From contig CALRCK010000001.1 in the NCBI GenBank assembly GCA_943354605.1, positions 148,936-212,935 on the forward strand: 64,000 nucleotides of DNA, in the 5' to 3' direction. The notes beneath the pieces are model-generated. The model ran no database searches, was not told where the DNA came from, and was given only the letters and a program-made list of their open reading frames with translations. The position numbers were made by a program, and so were the translations under genes. Positions 28,624 to 37,799 of this stretch are shown in pieces. The DNA is from Candidatus Uhrbacteria bacterium. Lineage in GTDB: Bacteria; Patescibacteriota; Patescibacteriia; UBA9934. Every line of letters begins with the position of its first letter. The stretch's first letter is position 1.

Positions 28624-29556
28624 CTATTTGTTTATTCTTTGAAGGTGAGGCTCTGAAAGTTTTGTGAGTGCAAGCTCGAGTTCTGGTGGTAATGGGGCTT
28701 CAAACGTCTTTTGTTCCCCATTTGGGAGATTAATGCCAAGTGATCGGGCATGAAGGAATAATCTACCAAGAGGAATCGTTTTTACGCCGCGAATTGTGTA
28801 CAGCTCGTCGCCGGCAACTGGGTGACAAAGGGCAAAGAAGTGAGCGCGGATCTGGTGTGTGCGGCCTGTTTCAATACGAACATCCAAAAGTGTAGCGCTT
28901 GCATAGCGGTGTAGAACGTCGAAATGGGTGATGGCATCTTTGCCTTCTTGCGAGTTTGGTCGTGCTGCCATTCGGGCGTTCGATTGCGAACGGGCAATGG
29001 GGAAGGTGATGGTGTCAGAATCCTCGGTGACATTGCCCATCACGAGTGCGGTGTAGCGTTTTTCGGTGAGGCGTTGCGCGAACTGTGCTTTGAGATGAGC
29101 AAATGCTTCTGGAGTTTTTGCGACAATAACCACGCCGGACGCCAGCTTGTCTAAGCGATGCACAATGCCGGCGCGCGCTTTGTCGTCGCCAACGGCATCC
29201 AGGCCCGGGATGTGGGCGCGAAGAAGATCGAGGAGGGTCGGTTCGGTGCTTGTGGTGGTTGGGTGAACGAGGAGGCCAGCGGGCTTGTTTACCACAAGAA
29301 CATCGGCGTCTTCGTAGAGAATGTTCAGAGGCGCTGGCGGTTTTGCGTTCGGATCGATGACTGGAGCTTTTGGCTCGGCAATTTCGATATTCGAAGCCGA
29401 AGAAACCAATTCGTGGGCATTTGCCTCCGCGCCGTTTACGAGCACGCGGCCGTCGGCGATGATCTTTTGGGCCTTTGAACGGCTCAATCCAAGGACTTCC
29501 GCGAGTGCGATGTCGAGACGTTTTGGTTCAATGCCTGGAATTTCGATGGTTTTCAT
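28624..29556 (-). CDS. RluA-family 23S rRNA pseudouridine synthase (RluD-like) with N-terminal S4 domain
   Basis: 'HRLDKLASGVVIVAKT' catalytic motif, with an S4-like N-terminus. Confidence 0.8.
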   Translation of the reverse strand: MKTIEIPGIEPKRLDIALAEVLGLSRSKAQKIIADGRVLVNGAEANAHELVSSASNIEIAEPKAPVIDPNAKPPAPLNILYEDADVLVVNKPAGLLVHPTTTSTEPTLLDLLRAHIPGLDAVGDDKARAGIVHRLDKLASGVVIVAKTPEAFAHLKAQFAQRLTEKRYTALVMGNVTEDSDTITFPIARSQSNARMAARPNSQEGKDAITHFDVLHRYASATLLDVRIETGRTHQIRAHFFALCHPVAGDELYTIRGVKTIPLGRLFLHARSLGINLPNGEQKTFEAPLPPELELALTKLSEPHLQRINK

Positions 29557-29687
29557 GGGCGGAGTATGGCATGGATCAGCCTTTTTTGAAAGCGTTATAC
29601 TTGAGGGAAAGCTCTAGCCGGAGTAGAATTACTGGCATCGAATCGATGAAAAACTATTACGTTTGCCGGATGCTAGGAGCGCCGAGG

Positions 29688-29735
29688 ACCGAAGCGAGGC
29701 GTACTTCATGTGTACGTTGAGCGAGGACCGGAGGC
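29688..29735 (-). repeat. Core-only degenerate copy of the MITE-like element (copy B)
   Basis: 'gcgaggcgtacttcatgtgtacgttgagcgag' matches the palindromic core of copies A/C/D but has no TIRs. Confidence 0.5.
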
Positions 29736-29770
29736 ACGACAACGCAGCCGACAAACTTGGATAGTTTTTC

Positions 29771-29847
29771 TGGGCTCATAGCTCAGTTGGTTAGAGCGCC
29801 GAGCTTATACCTCGGTGGTCCCTGGTTCGAGTCCAGGTGAGCCTACC
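29771..29847 (+). tRNA. tRNA-Ile (anticodon TAT/UAU), CCA encoded
   Basis: Manual fold: gggctca|ta|gctc|agttggtta|gagc|g|ccgag|cuUAUac|ctcgg|tggtc|cctgg-ttcgagt-ccagg|tgagcct|a|cca. Confidence 0.75.
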
Positions 29848-30020
29848 AGAATTCTATGTACTTCATTCCACCTCTTCTTCTTTTTCTCGGCGTGGTGTTT
29901 AGCATCATGGGCCGACAGCACCATAACCACGAATTTGTCGGGTTGGGGTATATTTTCTTTCTTGCAGCATTTGCTGCGGGGACCGTGTTGTTTCTTGCGC
30001 TCTCTGCGCTGTAGTAATTT

Positions 30021-30419
30021 ATGATGACGGCAAATCCTCATACCGCGGTGTTTTTTCTCTCCCTTTCGTGGTTTGTGATCTATTGGATTTTGGGAGGCGT
30101 GGTATTTGCGTTGATTGCGGCAGCAAACGCAATGCACATGCGGAAGGCCCGGTTTAGTTGTTTGTTTACGATCGGCGCCGCGGCCGCGGCACTTGGCGCC
30201 GCGTACACTGGTGTCGTGCTTTCTCGTCCGCAAGGGCTCCGATGTCCAGACGAACTCGTTTCTCGAGGGACGCTCCAGGGCGCGGAACATTTCAATATTC
30301 AATCGATCCTCGTGTGCGATTTCCGTGCCGTCCTCATCGCTGGTAGTTTGTTTTTCGGTCTCCTTCTTGCTGCCGGCATGGTGGCGATGCTTCTTTCCCG
30401 AACCGAAAAGCAGCGATAA
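30021..30419 (+). CDS. small membrane protein, hypothetical
   Basis: 132-aa ORF with three or four hydrophobic helices. Confidence 0.4.
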   Translation: MMTANPHTAVFFLSLSWFVIYWILGGVVFALIAAANAMHMRKARFSCLFTIGAAAAALGAAYTGVVLSRPQGLRCPDELVSRGTLQGAEHFNIQSILVCDFRAVLIAGSLFFGLLLAAGMVAMLLSRTEKQR

Positions 30420-30423
30420 GGAG

Positions 30424-30544
30424 GACTTTCTCATTTGGTCTATTTTCGACTCAGATCATCGGAAACTCGCTCAACGTACAGATGAAGTATGTCTCGCGAG
30501 CTTTCCTCGGTCTTCATCGAAACTAGACCAAATGAGAAAGTCCT
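30424..30544 (+). mobile_element. ~120-bp MITE-like element with ~27-bp terminal inverted repeats (copy C)
   Basis: 'ggactttctcatttggtctattttcga ... tcgaaactagaccaaatgagaaagtcc', with a palindromic core 'aaactcgctcaacgtacagatgaagtatgtctcgcgagcttt'. Starts 4 bp after the stop of the upstream ORF. Confidence 0.75.
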
Positions 30545-30573
30545 CGCATATTCAAGTATCGAGAAAACAAAAC

Positions 30574-30598
30574 ACCGTCCGCGATGGACGGTGTTTTG
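30574..30598 (-). terminator. bidirectional hairpin terminator (caccgtcc-gcgatg-gacggtg flanked by A/T runs) 3' of tRNA-Val(GAC)
   Basis: Seen directly as 'caaaacaccgtccgcgatggacggtgttttgtg'. Confidence 0.55.
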
Positions 30599-30675
30599 TG
30601 GTGCGCGCACGTGGACTCGAACCACGGACCTTCACAATGTCAATGTGACGCTCTAACCAACTGAGCTATGCGCGC
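30599..30675 (-). tRNA. tRNA-Val (anticodon GAC), CCA encoded
   Basis: The minus strand reads gcgcgca|ta|gctc|agttggtta|gagc|g|tcaca|uuGACau|tgtga|aggtc|cgtgg-ttcgagt-ccacg|tgcgcgc|a|cca. Confidence 0.8.
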
Positions 30676-30727
30676 AAAATGTGTGCATAGGATAGTGGCG
30701 AATGGCGTCGACTGTCAACCGCTGACA

Positions 30728-32155
30728 TTATCCATTCTGCGTGGCGAGATATCGGGCAAAATCCAGTGCTGCAGCGCGGGAGGAAAGATGGCCTTCCAGT
30801 TGAGCGCTGCGGATTTTGTCGAGGATTCCTCGGAGATGTGCGCCGGGGGAGAAGTTGAGGGCGAGGAGGTCGCGGCCGCGGACGAGTTCGTCTGGTGCGG
30901 GATTGTTCAGCCAACGATTGCGCTCGTTTCGAAGATCAACAAGATTCTCGCGAGCGATACCATGTTCGTGCTTTGCACTTGCGGTGGCATCAAGAAGCGC
31001 GAGAAGTTCTGCGCCGCGTTGGCCGCGAACAAGGCGCTCGCGTTCGGCGGGGGAGAGTGCTGCTGCGTGTCCTTGGGTAAGAGTGACGGTTTTGTTCAGC
31101 ATCCAGCCCGCGTCCGTATGGTCGAAATGTAGGCGATGATCGTCGACGGCATGAAGATGAAGACGGGTGACGATGTCGCGAAGCGTTCCCATGGCGCGAT
31201 CCTCAAGCAGCGTGAGGAGGCCGGCAAGGTACAGCGTCGCGCTCTTTTTTGCGGTGCCGTAGGCGCGAGCAATGTCGTGATGCTCAAGAATATCAAAGAG
31301 ACGGTTGGTTTTTTGCCAACCGGTTTCACCGTCGTCATGGATGGTTGCGCCGTGATGAAGAAGCTCTGGAACAAGGGACTCTAACGCGCCGCTGTCTTTG
31401 AGTAATGCGAGTGCGTATTTGGGATTGTATGCGAGCGCCATCAAAACATCATGGCCAAGCCGTACGCGAGGAATGACGTATTGATTGTTGCCGTCGTCAT
31501 CGTGATCGGTGCGATGAACCGATGCGTGATGGCGAGGAATGGCGTTCCACAACGCGTGATCGAACGTTAGCCCGTGCTGACTCGCTAAGCGAATTGCGCG
31601 AGACACGAGTGCGGGTTCTTGGGACAGGTGAAGCTCTGGATGATGAAGGGTGCGAAGAGTTTTGCGAGTGATGAGGTCGTGTAATCCACCGTGAGGGTCG
31701 TGAAGAACCCCATCTTTCAATGAATACGCCATCGAGTTGATGGAGAAATCACGAGCGGCAAGGTCGTCATGGAGCGAACGTTCGTGTGCGGGAATTCGCG
31801 TTGCCGTTCCAGAATGATCGAGCGCTCGAATATGCGGCACAGAAACGGAGATTGTTTCGTTCGTGCCGCGAGGGGTGACGTGCCAGTGACCGTTGGTGTG
31901 CTGGGTAACGGCACCGTTGGCGTTGAGGAATGTGTTGAGGACTGGCGGTGCAACGTCGCGAACGAGGACATGAGCGCGATGTGGCACAACGCCAAGAACC
32001 GCGTCGCGAACCGTGCCGCCCACAAGATACGGATCCGCGGCAGGAATATCGCGAACAAGCTTAAACAATAGCCCGAGTGGAGCGGTATCGGCAATATACG
32101 CGCCGACTCTTCGATGAGCCGGCATAGCGCGAGTTGAGTACCAGAGCGAGTCCAT
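30728..32155 (-). CDS. cca: CCA-adding tRNA nucleotidyltransferase / poly(A) polymerase family with HD domain
   Basis: 'YLVGGTVRDAVLG...RDFSINSMAY' Pol-beta-like head domain, followed by a His/Asp-rich HD-like region. Confidence 0.7.
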   Translation of the reverse strand: MDSLWYSTRAMPAHRRVGAYIADTAPLGLLFKLVRDIPAADPYLVGGTVRDAVLGVVPHRAHVLVRDVAPPVLNTFLNANGAVTQHTNGHWHVTPRGTNETISVSVPHIRALDHSGTATRIPAHERSLHDDLAARDFSINSMAYSLKDGVLHDPHGGLHDLITRKTLRTLHHPELHLSQEPALVSRAIRLASQHGLTFDHALWNAIPRHHASVHRTDHDDDGNNQYVIPRVRLGHDVLMALAYNPKYALALLKDSGALESLVPELLHHGATIHDDGETGWQKTNRLFDILEHHDIARAYGTAKKSATLYLAGLLTLLEDRAMGTLRDIVTRLHLHAVDDHRLHFDHTDAGWMLNKTVTLTQGHAAALSPAERERLVRGQRGAELLALLDATASAKHEHGIARENLVDLRNERNRWLNNPAPDELVRGRDLLALNFSPGAHLRGILDKIRSAQLEGHLSSRAAALDFARYLATQNG

Positions 32156-32169
32156 GACGATATTGTAAC

Positions 32170-32436
32170 ATGGCTCGTTCCGTCATTTCGAGCGTCAGCG
32201 AGAAATCTTGTACGCATTCTTGCTCCGTTTACTCATTTCGCATGATACGATTTCCGCATATGCAGCCTATCGAATCTGAATGCCCGCTCTGCGGCGGCAA
32301 AGAAACGTGGACCGGTGCAACGGAACAGCGAAAGAATCTCACGTATTTTGAAATGAAGTGCATGAACTGCGGGTCGGTGGGGTTTGAGTGGAGCAAAGAA
32401 TGGACGGCCGCTGTGCCAAAAGTCGAATTGGAATAG
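32170..32436 (+). CDS. small zinc-ribbon protein, hypothetical
   Basis: 'CPLCGG...CMNCGS' two CxxC pairs. The true start is probably internal. Confidence 0.3.
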   Translation: MARSVISSVSEKSCTHSCSVYSFRMIRFPHMQPIESECPLCGGKETWTGATEQRKNLTYFEMKCMNCGSVGFEWSKEWTAAVPKVELE

Positions 32437-32496
32437 GCTTTGAAATTGAAGAGACCGCGCGAGCGATCCCTCCACTAGGGTTCGAACTCGACGCGG

Positions 32497-32745
32497 TCAG
32501 CAGACGATGATCTCCGTGTACGTGCCGTCGGGATTCCTGAAACAGAGTACCCGACCTTCTTGCTTTCCATGGACCACAGTCCCGAGAAGGTCGGAAGCGC
32601 GGCGCAGGGTTTCTGATCGTGAAGTTGCGCCGATGAGCTCGGTAGTTGCGTCGAGCTCGTCCACCATCCGTTGTGTGGCATCGATTTGGAGTCGGATTCT
32701 GGGGCTTGTACTCATTGTTGTGCAATCTCCTGTGGGGTCGGGCAC
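32497..32745 (-). CDS. hypothetical small protein
   Basis: 82-aa ORF with coding-like composition. Confidence 0.3.
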   Translation of the reverse strand: MPDPTGDCTTMSTSPRIRLQIDATQRMVDELDATTELIGATSRSETLRRASDLLGTVVHGKQEGRVLCFRNPDGTYTEIIVC

Positions 32746-32805
32746 ATCGTCCGCCGGGTGGCGAGACGAAGTGCTAGAGTATGTGAAAATTATTGAAAAG
32801 TAAAG

Positions 32806-33945
32806 CTATTTTTGGCGCAAACTTGTTTTGAGGTGCGAAATAATACCGCGTTCAGCGGAGACGATGTCGGCTTGAGTAAGGGAAAGATGCGCAAATTCGC
32901 GGGTGCCGGTGGCGCGGAATGGGGCGCCAAGGAGAAGAGCATCGAACGGGCGTTGAGCAAACAGCTGGCCGGCGATGGTTCCGGTTTGGGTTTCAAAAAG
33001 GATGAGAGCAACTTTGGCAGAAGGGGAGGTGAGGAGAAGCTCGTCGGCAATGTCGCGCAATGCGTCGTCGCCTGCACCGGCGGTAACAAAATCCTGTTTA
33101 GTGATGAGCGTCCACACAAGACCAATCGATTCGTCAGCCTTGAGTCGAGCAAGTGCGCGGCCCCACAGTCTAAGTGTCTCCACCGACCGCGTTCGATAGA
33201 GATGTTCAACGATCGCTTCACGATTGGCATTTTTCTCCATGAGCTTTTGAGCAATCTCGAGCGTCTTTGGCGAGACGTTTGGTGCGCGGAAGCTCTTTGT
33301 TTTGCTCATCATGCCGGTGAGGAGTGTTGTTGCAACGTCGGGCGTAACGATAGACGCATCAAGGTGCATAAAAAGATTAAAGCAGACTTCGGACACGCTT
33401 GTAGCCGTCAGGTCCACAATATTGATGGTACCAAAGTGTTCGTTTTCTGGGCCGTGGTCGATAACGATGGTTGGCGTTTTCAAAAAGAAATCGGCGTAGG
33501 TTGGAAAGAGTGCGCCGAGACTTGAACGATCCGGCGTGCCGATTGCAATAACGAGATCGAATCGATAATCATCGCTTGCAATACGAACATCGCTTGGCTG
33601 CCATGCGCCAGTTTTTGGCGTGATGGTGACGACGAGATCGTTACCATCCACGGCGTAGGTTAGTCCATCAACTTTTGCGCGATTCAGGTCGACGCGAAGG
33701 GTGAGAGCGTTGATGTTTCCAAGGTCGCCGATAACGTTTTGCGCCGTCGAAAGAAATGTGAGTGCCTCTGGTGCGCGTCCGCCGCTTGTGACAATCGGAC
33801 AAGGAACGCCAAGGGTTTTGCAGAGCGTAACGATGCTAAACGCGGCGGTAAAGTCGTCCACGGTTGGTTCGGATCGAAGCACAACCACCGGACGCTTGGC
33901 GCGCTTGAGTGCCTCGTGAAATTGCTGGAAGAGCGCCAGGGACAT
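32806..33945 (-). CDS. DHH-family phosphoesterase (NrnA-like nanoRNase/pAp phosphatase)
   Basis: 'IVIDHGPENEHFG' DHH-like motif and a DHHA1-like C-terminus. I chose the start at 'MSLALFQQ' (33945). Confidence 0.55.
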   Translation of the reverse strand: MSLALFQQFHEALKRAKRPVVVLRSEPTVDDFTAAFSIVTLCKTLGVPCPIVTSGGRAPEALTFLSTAQNVIGDLGNINALTLRVDLNRAKVDGLTYAVDGNDLVVTITPKTGAWQPSDVRIASDDYRFDLVIAIGTPDRSSLGALFPTYADFFLKTPTIVIDHGPENEHFGTINIVDLTATSVSEVCFNLFMHLDASIVTPDVATTLLTGMMSKTKSFRAPNVSPKTLEIAQKLMEKNANREAIVEHLYRTRSVETLRLWGRALARLKADESIGLVWTLITKQDFVTAGAGDDALRDIADELLLTSPSAKVALILFETQTGTIAGQLFAQRPFDALLLGAPFRATGTREFAHLSLTQADIVSAERGIISHLKTSLRQK

Positions 33946-34112
33946 GCAGAAGATGAAGAAAGTGTGAGGAACTAGCCTATCGGCTGCGGAGGTTATGGTC
34001 AAGGTTTTTAGTGTACGAAGTGTGGGTATTCGCCCAATGTTGGCCGAAAACAATCCACGGCCCAGACTCCCAAGGGGATCCAGGCCGTGGCGTGCGTCGG
34101 CGTATGAACAAC

Positions 34113-34595
34113 TCACTCCACTGACTGTGCTTTTCCTCGAATGCACGGTGTTTGCCCGCAGCACGGACCTTGGTAGGCGTCGAGCACGCGTCGAATGGTC
34201 CTAGTTTTCTCGCCGGAAGGGACGCCGGCTGGACAACTCTGGACGAGGATTTCGAGGAGCTCCTTGGTTCCGCAGCGTTCCTGACATCCGCGTTGATCCT
34301 GCGCTCCTTGGATGACCCGTGCCGTGAACGCGGTGGCGAATGCCGGGTTCAGGGCGCCGCTCATGATTCGTTCCGAGATCCGTGCTGCGCATGAAGCGAT
34401 GGTGCCAGAGCCCGGTTCGCCGAGAAGGGGCTCGAGATGCTCCACAGGGATCATGTTCAGAACGAGGTCTGCAGCGATCAGAGCAGCGATTTTTTCTAGG
34501 GCAGGAGAGGTGTTGGGCGGCGTCTTGGCAGCTGTCATTGTCGTTATCCGAAGCGAAGAAAGCCAGTTGGACCACGAATCTACCCCAAAATCCAC
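34113..34595 (-). CDS. hypothetical Cys-rich protein (doubtful)
   Basis: 160-aa ORF in a GC-rich 675-bp gap between the DHH and valS genes. Could be spurious. Confidence 0.2.
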   Translation of the reverse strand: MDFGVDSWSNWLSSLRITTMTAAKTPPNTSPALEKIAALIAADLVLNMIPVEHLEPLLGEPGSGTIASCAARISERIMSGALNPAFATAFTARVIQGAQDQRGCQERCGTKELLEILVQSCPAGVPSGEKTRTIRRVLDAYQGPCCGQTPCIRGKAQSVE

Positions 34596-34620
34596 TTTTC
34601 GTCTACACTTGCCTTCATCT

Positions 34621-37272
34621 ATGGCAAACGAAATGGCAAAGGCGTACGAGGCGAAGCTTGTGGAGGATGGAATCTACGAATCTTGGCTAAGCTCAGGCTT
34701 TTTTACGCCAGAGAACCTGCCGAATGTTACGGATTCTACCGAAGCCTTCACCATTGTCATGCCGCCGCCAAACGTTACCGGTGTTCTTCACCTTGGCCAC
34801 GCCCTGGAAAATTCCCTCATGGATGCAATGGTTCGCTACCAGCGCCTTTTGGGAAAGAAAGCGCTACTCGTTCCGGGCACCGACCACGCCGCTATCGCCA
34901 CACAAGCTCGAGTAGAGAAAAATCTCATGGCTGGCGGAATGAAACATCCTCGGCAGGAGCTTGGCCGCGAAGCGCTTGTGGAGAAGATTCGCGAATTTGC
35001 GGAGGAATCAAAGGCGACCATTTTGAAGCAGGTAAAGAAATTGGGAACCAGCGCGGACTGGAGCCGTTTGGCGTATACATTCGACGCGAAGCGTAATACT
35101 GCAGTGAATGAATTGTTTGCGCGAATGTACAACGACGGTTTGATCTATCGTGGATTTCGCGTGGTGAATTGGTCGGTGAAGGGCCAGTCCACATGTTCTG
35201 ACGACGAGATCGAGACGATCGAGCGCGAATCCGTCCTTTATACGTTTAAGTACAGCAAAGATTTCCCAATCGCGATTTCGACGACACGACCGGAAACGAA
35301 GGTTGGTGATACTGCTGTTGCAGTGCACCCAACCGACGATCGCTATAAAGCATTTATCGGAAAGACGTTTGATGTTGATTTCGCGGGGGCGAAGCTCTCG
35401 ATCAAAGTGATTGCGAGCGATGCGGTTGATCCGTCGTTTGGAACCGGTGCGCTCGGCGTGACTCCTGCGCATAGCGCAATCGACTTCGGTATGTACGAAG
35501 TGCAGAAAGCAAAACAGGATCCTATTGCAATCAAACAGGTGATTGGTGCGGACGGGAAGATGACCGCCGATGCGGGGTCTGTTGCTGGCATGAGCTTCGA
35601 AGCGGCGCGCGAATCGATCGTTGCGTGGTTGAAAGAACAAGGACTTCTCGAAAAAGAAGACAAGGTTGTTCAGAACGTCGGCACGTCCGATCGGTATGGC
35701 GACGTGATCGAAGCCATTCCGATGACACAGTGGTGGCTGGATGTGAATAGAGAAATTCCGGGGCGCGGCAAAACATTGCGTGACTTGATGCGTGAAGCGG
35801 TGACGACTGGAATTGGGGGAGACTCGAGTCAGAAGGTGTCGATCACGCCAGATCGATTTACAAAACTCTATCTCGATCGCGTGGAAAACCTCCGCGACTG
35901 GTGCCTTTCGCGTCAGCTGTGGTGGGGTCATCGTATTCCTGCGTGGTACCGCGGGGAAGAGCTTGTTGTTGGCGTAAGGCCAGAAGGGGACGGTTGGGTT
36001 CAGGACGAAGACACGCTCGACACGTGGTTCAGTTCCGGAAGCTGGACATTCTCGACGCTTGGCTGGCCAGAACAGACTGCGGACCTCAAGACCTTCCATC
36101 CAACGAACTGGATTCAGATGGGGTACGAGATTTTGTATCTCTGGTTGATGCGCATGATTTTGATGAGCTCCTACGCGCTCAATCAAATCCCGTTTACGGA
36201 CACCTACATTCATGGAATCCTCCGCGACAAGGACGGAAAGAAGTTCTCAAAGTCGTCTGGCAACGGAATCGATCCTATTGAAGTCATCGAAGCATACGGC
36301 TGCGACGCACTGCGTATTTCGGTGCTTTCTGGCAACACGCCAGGAAACGATTCGCGCTATTACACAGAGAAAGTGGAAGCTGCACGCAACCTTGTGAACA
36401 AGCTGTGGAACATTTCGCGATTTATCATCGGAAACGCCGGAGGAGCACGACACGTAGACGCCCCCTCCGACTCCCCCATAAATGGGGGAGAGGCGTCGTT
36501 GACTCTCGCGGATCGATGGATTCTTGCGCGATTCAGCGAGACGGCGAAGAAGGTTGGATCGTTGATCGACCGTTACGACTTCTCGTTGGCCATCGAAGTG
36601 TTGCGCGACTTCACGTGGAACGACTTTGCCGATTGGTACCTCGAGATTGCGAAGATCGAAGGCGAGAAGAGCGACGTGCTCCTCTACATTCTCGAGCGTT
36701 TGCTCATCCTTTGGCACCCATTCGCGCCATTCGTGACAGAGGAAATCTACAAGAGCTTCGATTCTGGAATGATCATCGTTGCGAAGTGGCCAAGGGATTT
36801 GGATGGAAAATGGAAAATGGAAAATGGAAAATTGTTTGAGGAGCTCAAAGAAACAATCATCGCAATTCGAAACTATTTGTCCGAACACAAGACATTACCG
36901 AAGGATGTGGAATCGATCACGATAGTGAACACTGGTGCTTTGGCGGGGATGGAGTCGATTATTGGCGGATTGACCAAAGTGAAATCGATCCGATCGAGTG
37001 ATGAGCGTCCGGAATCGATTACGCCAATTGTCGTCGGTGCGGCGCAAATCTTTGTTCAGTTGCCAGCTGTCGATGCCGCATCGGAGAAGATCCGTATTGA
37101 ATCCGAGATCGCCGACGCGACAACATTCATCGCAGCTCAGGAATCAAAGCTCGCGAATGAAGATTTTGTGAAGCGTGCGCCGGAGAAGGTGATTGCGCTG
37201 GAGCGACAAAAGCTTGCCGATCTTCAGGAAAAACTCGCCGCGCTCCAAAAAGAGCACGCAGCGTTTCTATAA
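34621..37272 (+). CDS. valS: valyl-tRNA synthetase
   Basis: 'PPPNVTGVLHLGHALENSLMD' (HIGH), 'KMSKSSGNGIDP' (KMSKS), and a C-terminal coiled coil. Confidence 0.9.
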   Translation: MANEMAKAYEAKLVEDGIYESWLSSGFFTPENLPNVTDSTEAFTIVMPPPNVTGVLHLGHALENSLMDAMVRYQRLLGKKALLVPGTDHAAIATQARVEKNLMAGGMKHPRQELGREALVEKIREFAEESKATILKQVKKLGTSADWSRLAYTFDAKRNTAVNELFARMYNDGLIYRGFRVVNWSVKGQSTCSDDEIETIERESVLYTFKYSKDFPIAISTTRPETKVGDTAVAVHPTDDRYKAFIGKTFDVDFAGAKLSIKVIASDAVDPSFGTGALGVTPAHSAIDFGMYEVQKAKQDPIAIKQVIGADGKMTADAGSVAGMSFEAARESIVAWLKEQGLLEKEDKVVQNVGTSDRYGDVIEAIPMTQWWLDVNREIPGRGKTLRDLMREAVTTGIGGDSSQKVSITPDRFTKLYLDRVENLRDWCLSRQLWWGHRIPAWYRGEELVVGVRPEGDGWVQDEDTLDTWFSSGSWTFSTLGWPEQTADLKTFHPTNWIQMGYEILYLWLMRMILMSSYALNQIPFTDTYIHGILRDKDGKKFSKSSGNGIDPIEVIEAYGCDALRISVLSGNTPGNDSRYYTEKVEAARNLVNKLWNISRFIIGNAGGARHVDAPSDSPINGGEASLTLADRWILARFSETAKKVGSLIDRYDFSLAIEVLRDFTWNDFADWYLEIAKIEGEKSDVLLYILERLLILWHPFAPFVTEEIYKSFDSGMIIVAKWPRDLDGKWKMENGKLFEELKETIIAIRNYLSEHKTLPKDVESITIVNTGALAGMESIIGGLTKVKSIRSSDERPESITPIVVGAAQIFVQLPAVDAASEKIRIESEIADATTFIAAQESKLANEDFVKRAPEKVIALERQKLADLQEKLAALQKEHAAFL

Positions 37273-37319
37273 ACGCGGGGTTTCTGCTAGAATTGAAGTA
37301 AGAATCACTCAAGAATCAT

Positions 37320-37520
37320 ATGGTTTCTCTCGCGGTAAAGATTCGAAAAGGGCAAGGATCACAAACCGTCTCACTTGAGATGAGTTCACGTTCGTTTGAA
37401 CGCTTTGCGGCAGCTTTCGGGCTTTTTCGCAAAGAGTTTCTTCAGAGCTTAGCTCGCTCTCAGCGAGATATCCGCGAAGGACGTGTGAGAACGATTACAT
37501 CCTTCAAAGAACTGGAGTAG
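37320..37520 (+). CDS. putative antitoxin of a RelE/ParE toxin-antitoxin pair
   Basis: 66-aa ORF ending 4 nt upstream of the toxin gene. Small and charged. Confidence 0.45.
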   Translation: MVSLAVKIRKGQGSQTVSLEMSSRSFERFAAAFGLFRKEFLQSLARSQRDIREGRVRTITSFKELE

Positions 37521-37524
37521 ATGT

Positions 37525-37797
37525 ATGTGGACGATTCGCGTATCGGAAGAATTTGTAAAACAGTATAAAGCATTGCCAATTCTTATTCGTAAGCGCATTC
37601 AAAGGCAAGAAGACTTGTTTCAAGAAAATCCATTTCATCCATCGCTTCATACCGAAAAACTTGAGCCGAAGAAAGACCAAGTGTGGAGTATTCGTGTTGA
37701 TCGTCGATACCGTATTCTTTTCCAGTTTCAGGATTCCAATACGGTAATATTCGTTGCAGTTGGTCCGCATGATTGGATTTATACGTCTGCGATGTAA
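37525..37797 (+). CDS. RelE/ParE-family type II toxin
   Basis: 'MWTIRVSEEFVKQYKALP...LHTEKLEP...VWSIRVDRRYRILFQF.DSN.VIFVAVGPH' is a typical RelE/ParE fold signature. Confidence 0.6.
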   Translation: MWTIRVSEEFVKQYKALPILIRKRIQRQEDLFQENPFHPSLHTEKLEPKKDQVWSIRVDRRYRILFQFQDSNTVIFVAVGPHDWIYTSAM

Positions 37798-37799
37798 TT

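Noticed and set aside
34165-34620. T-box leader upstream of valS
   Set aside because: No AATTAGGGTGGNACCGCG-like T-box sequence or specifier-loop arrangement is visible.
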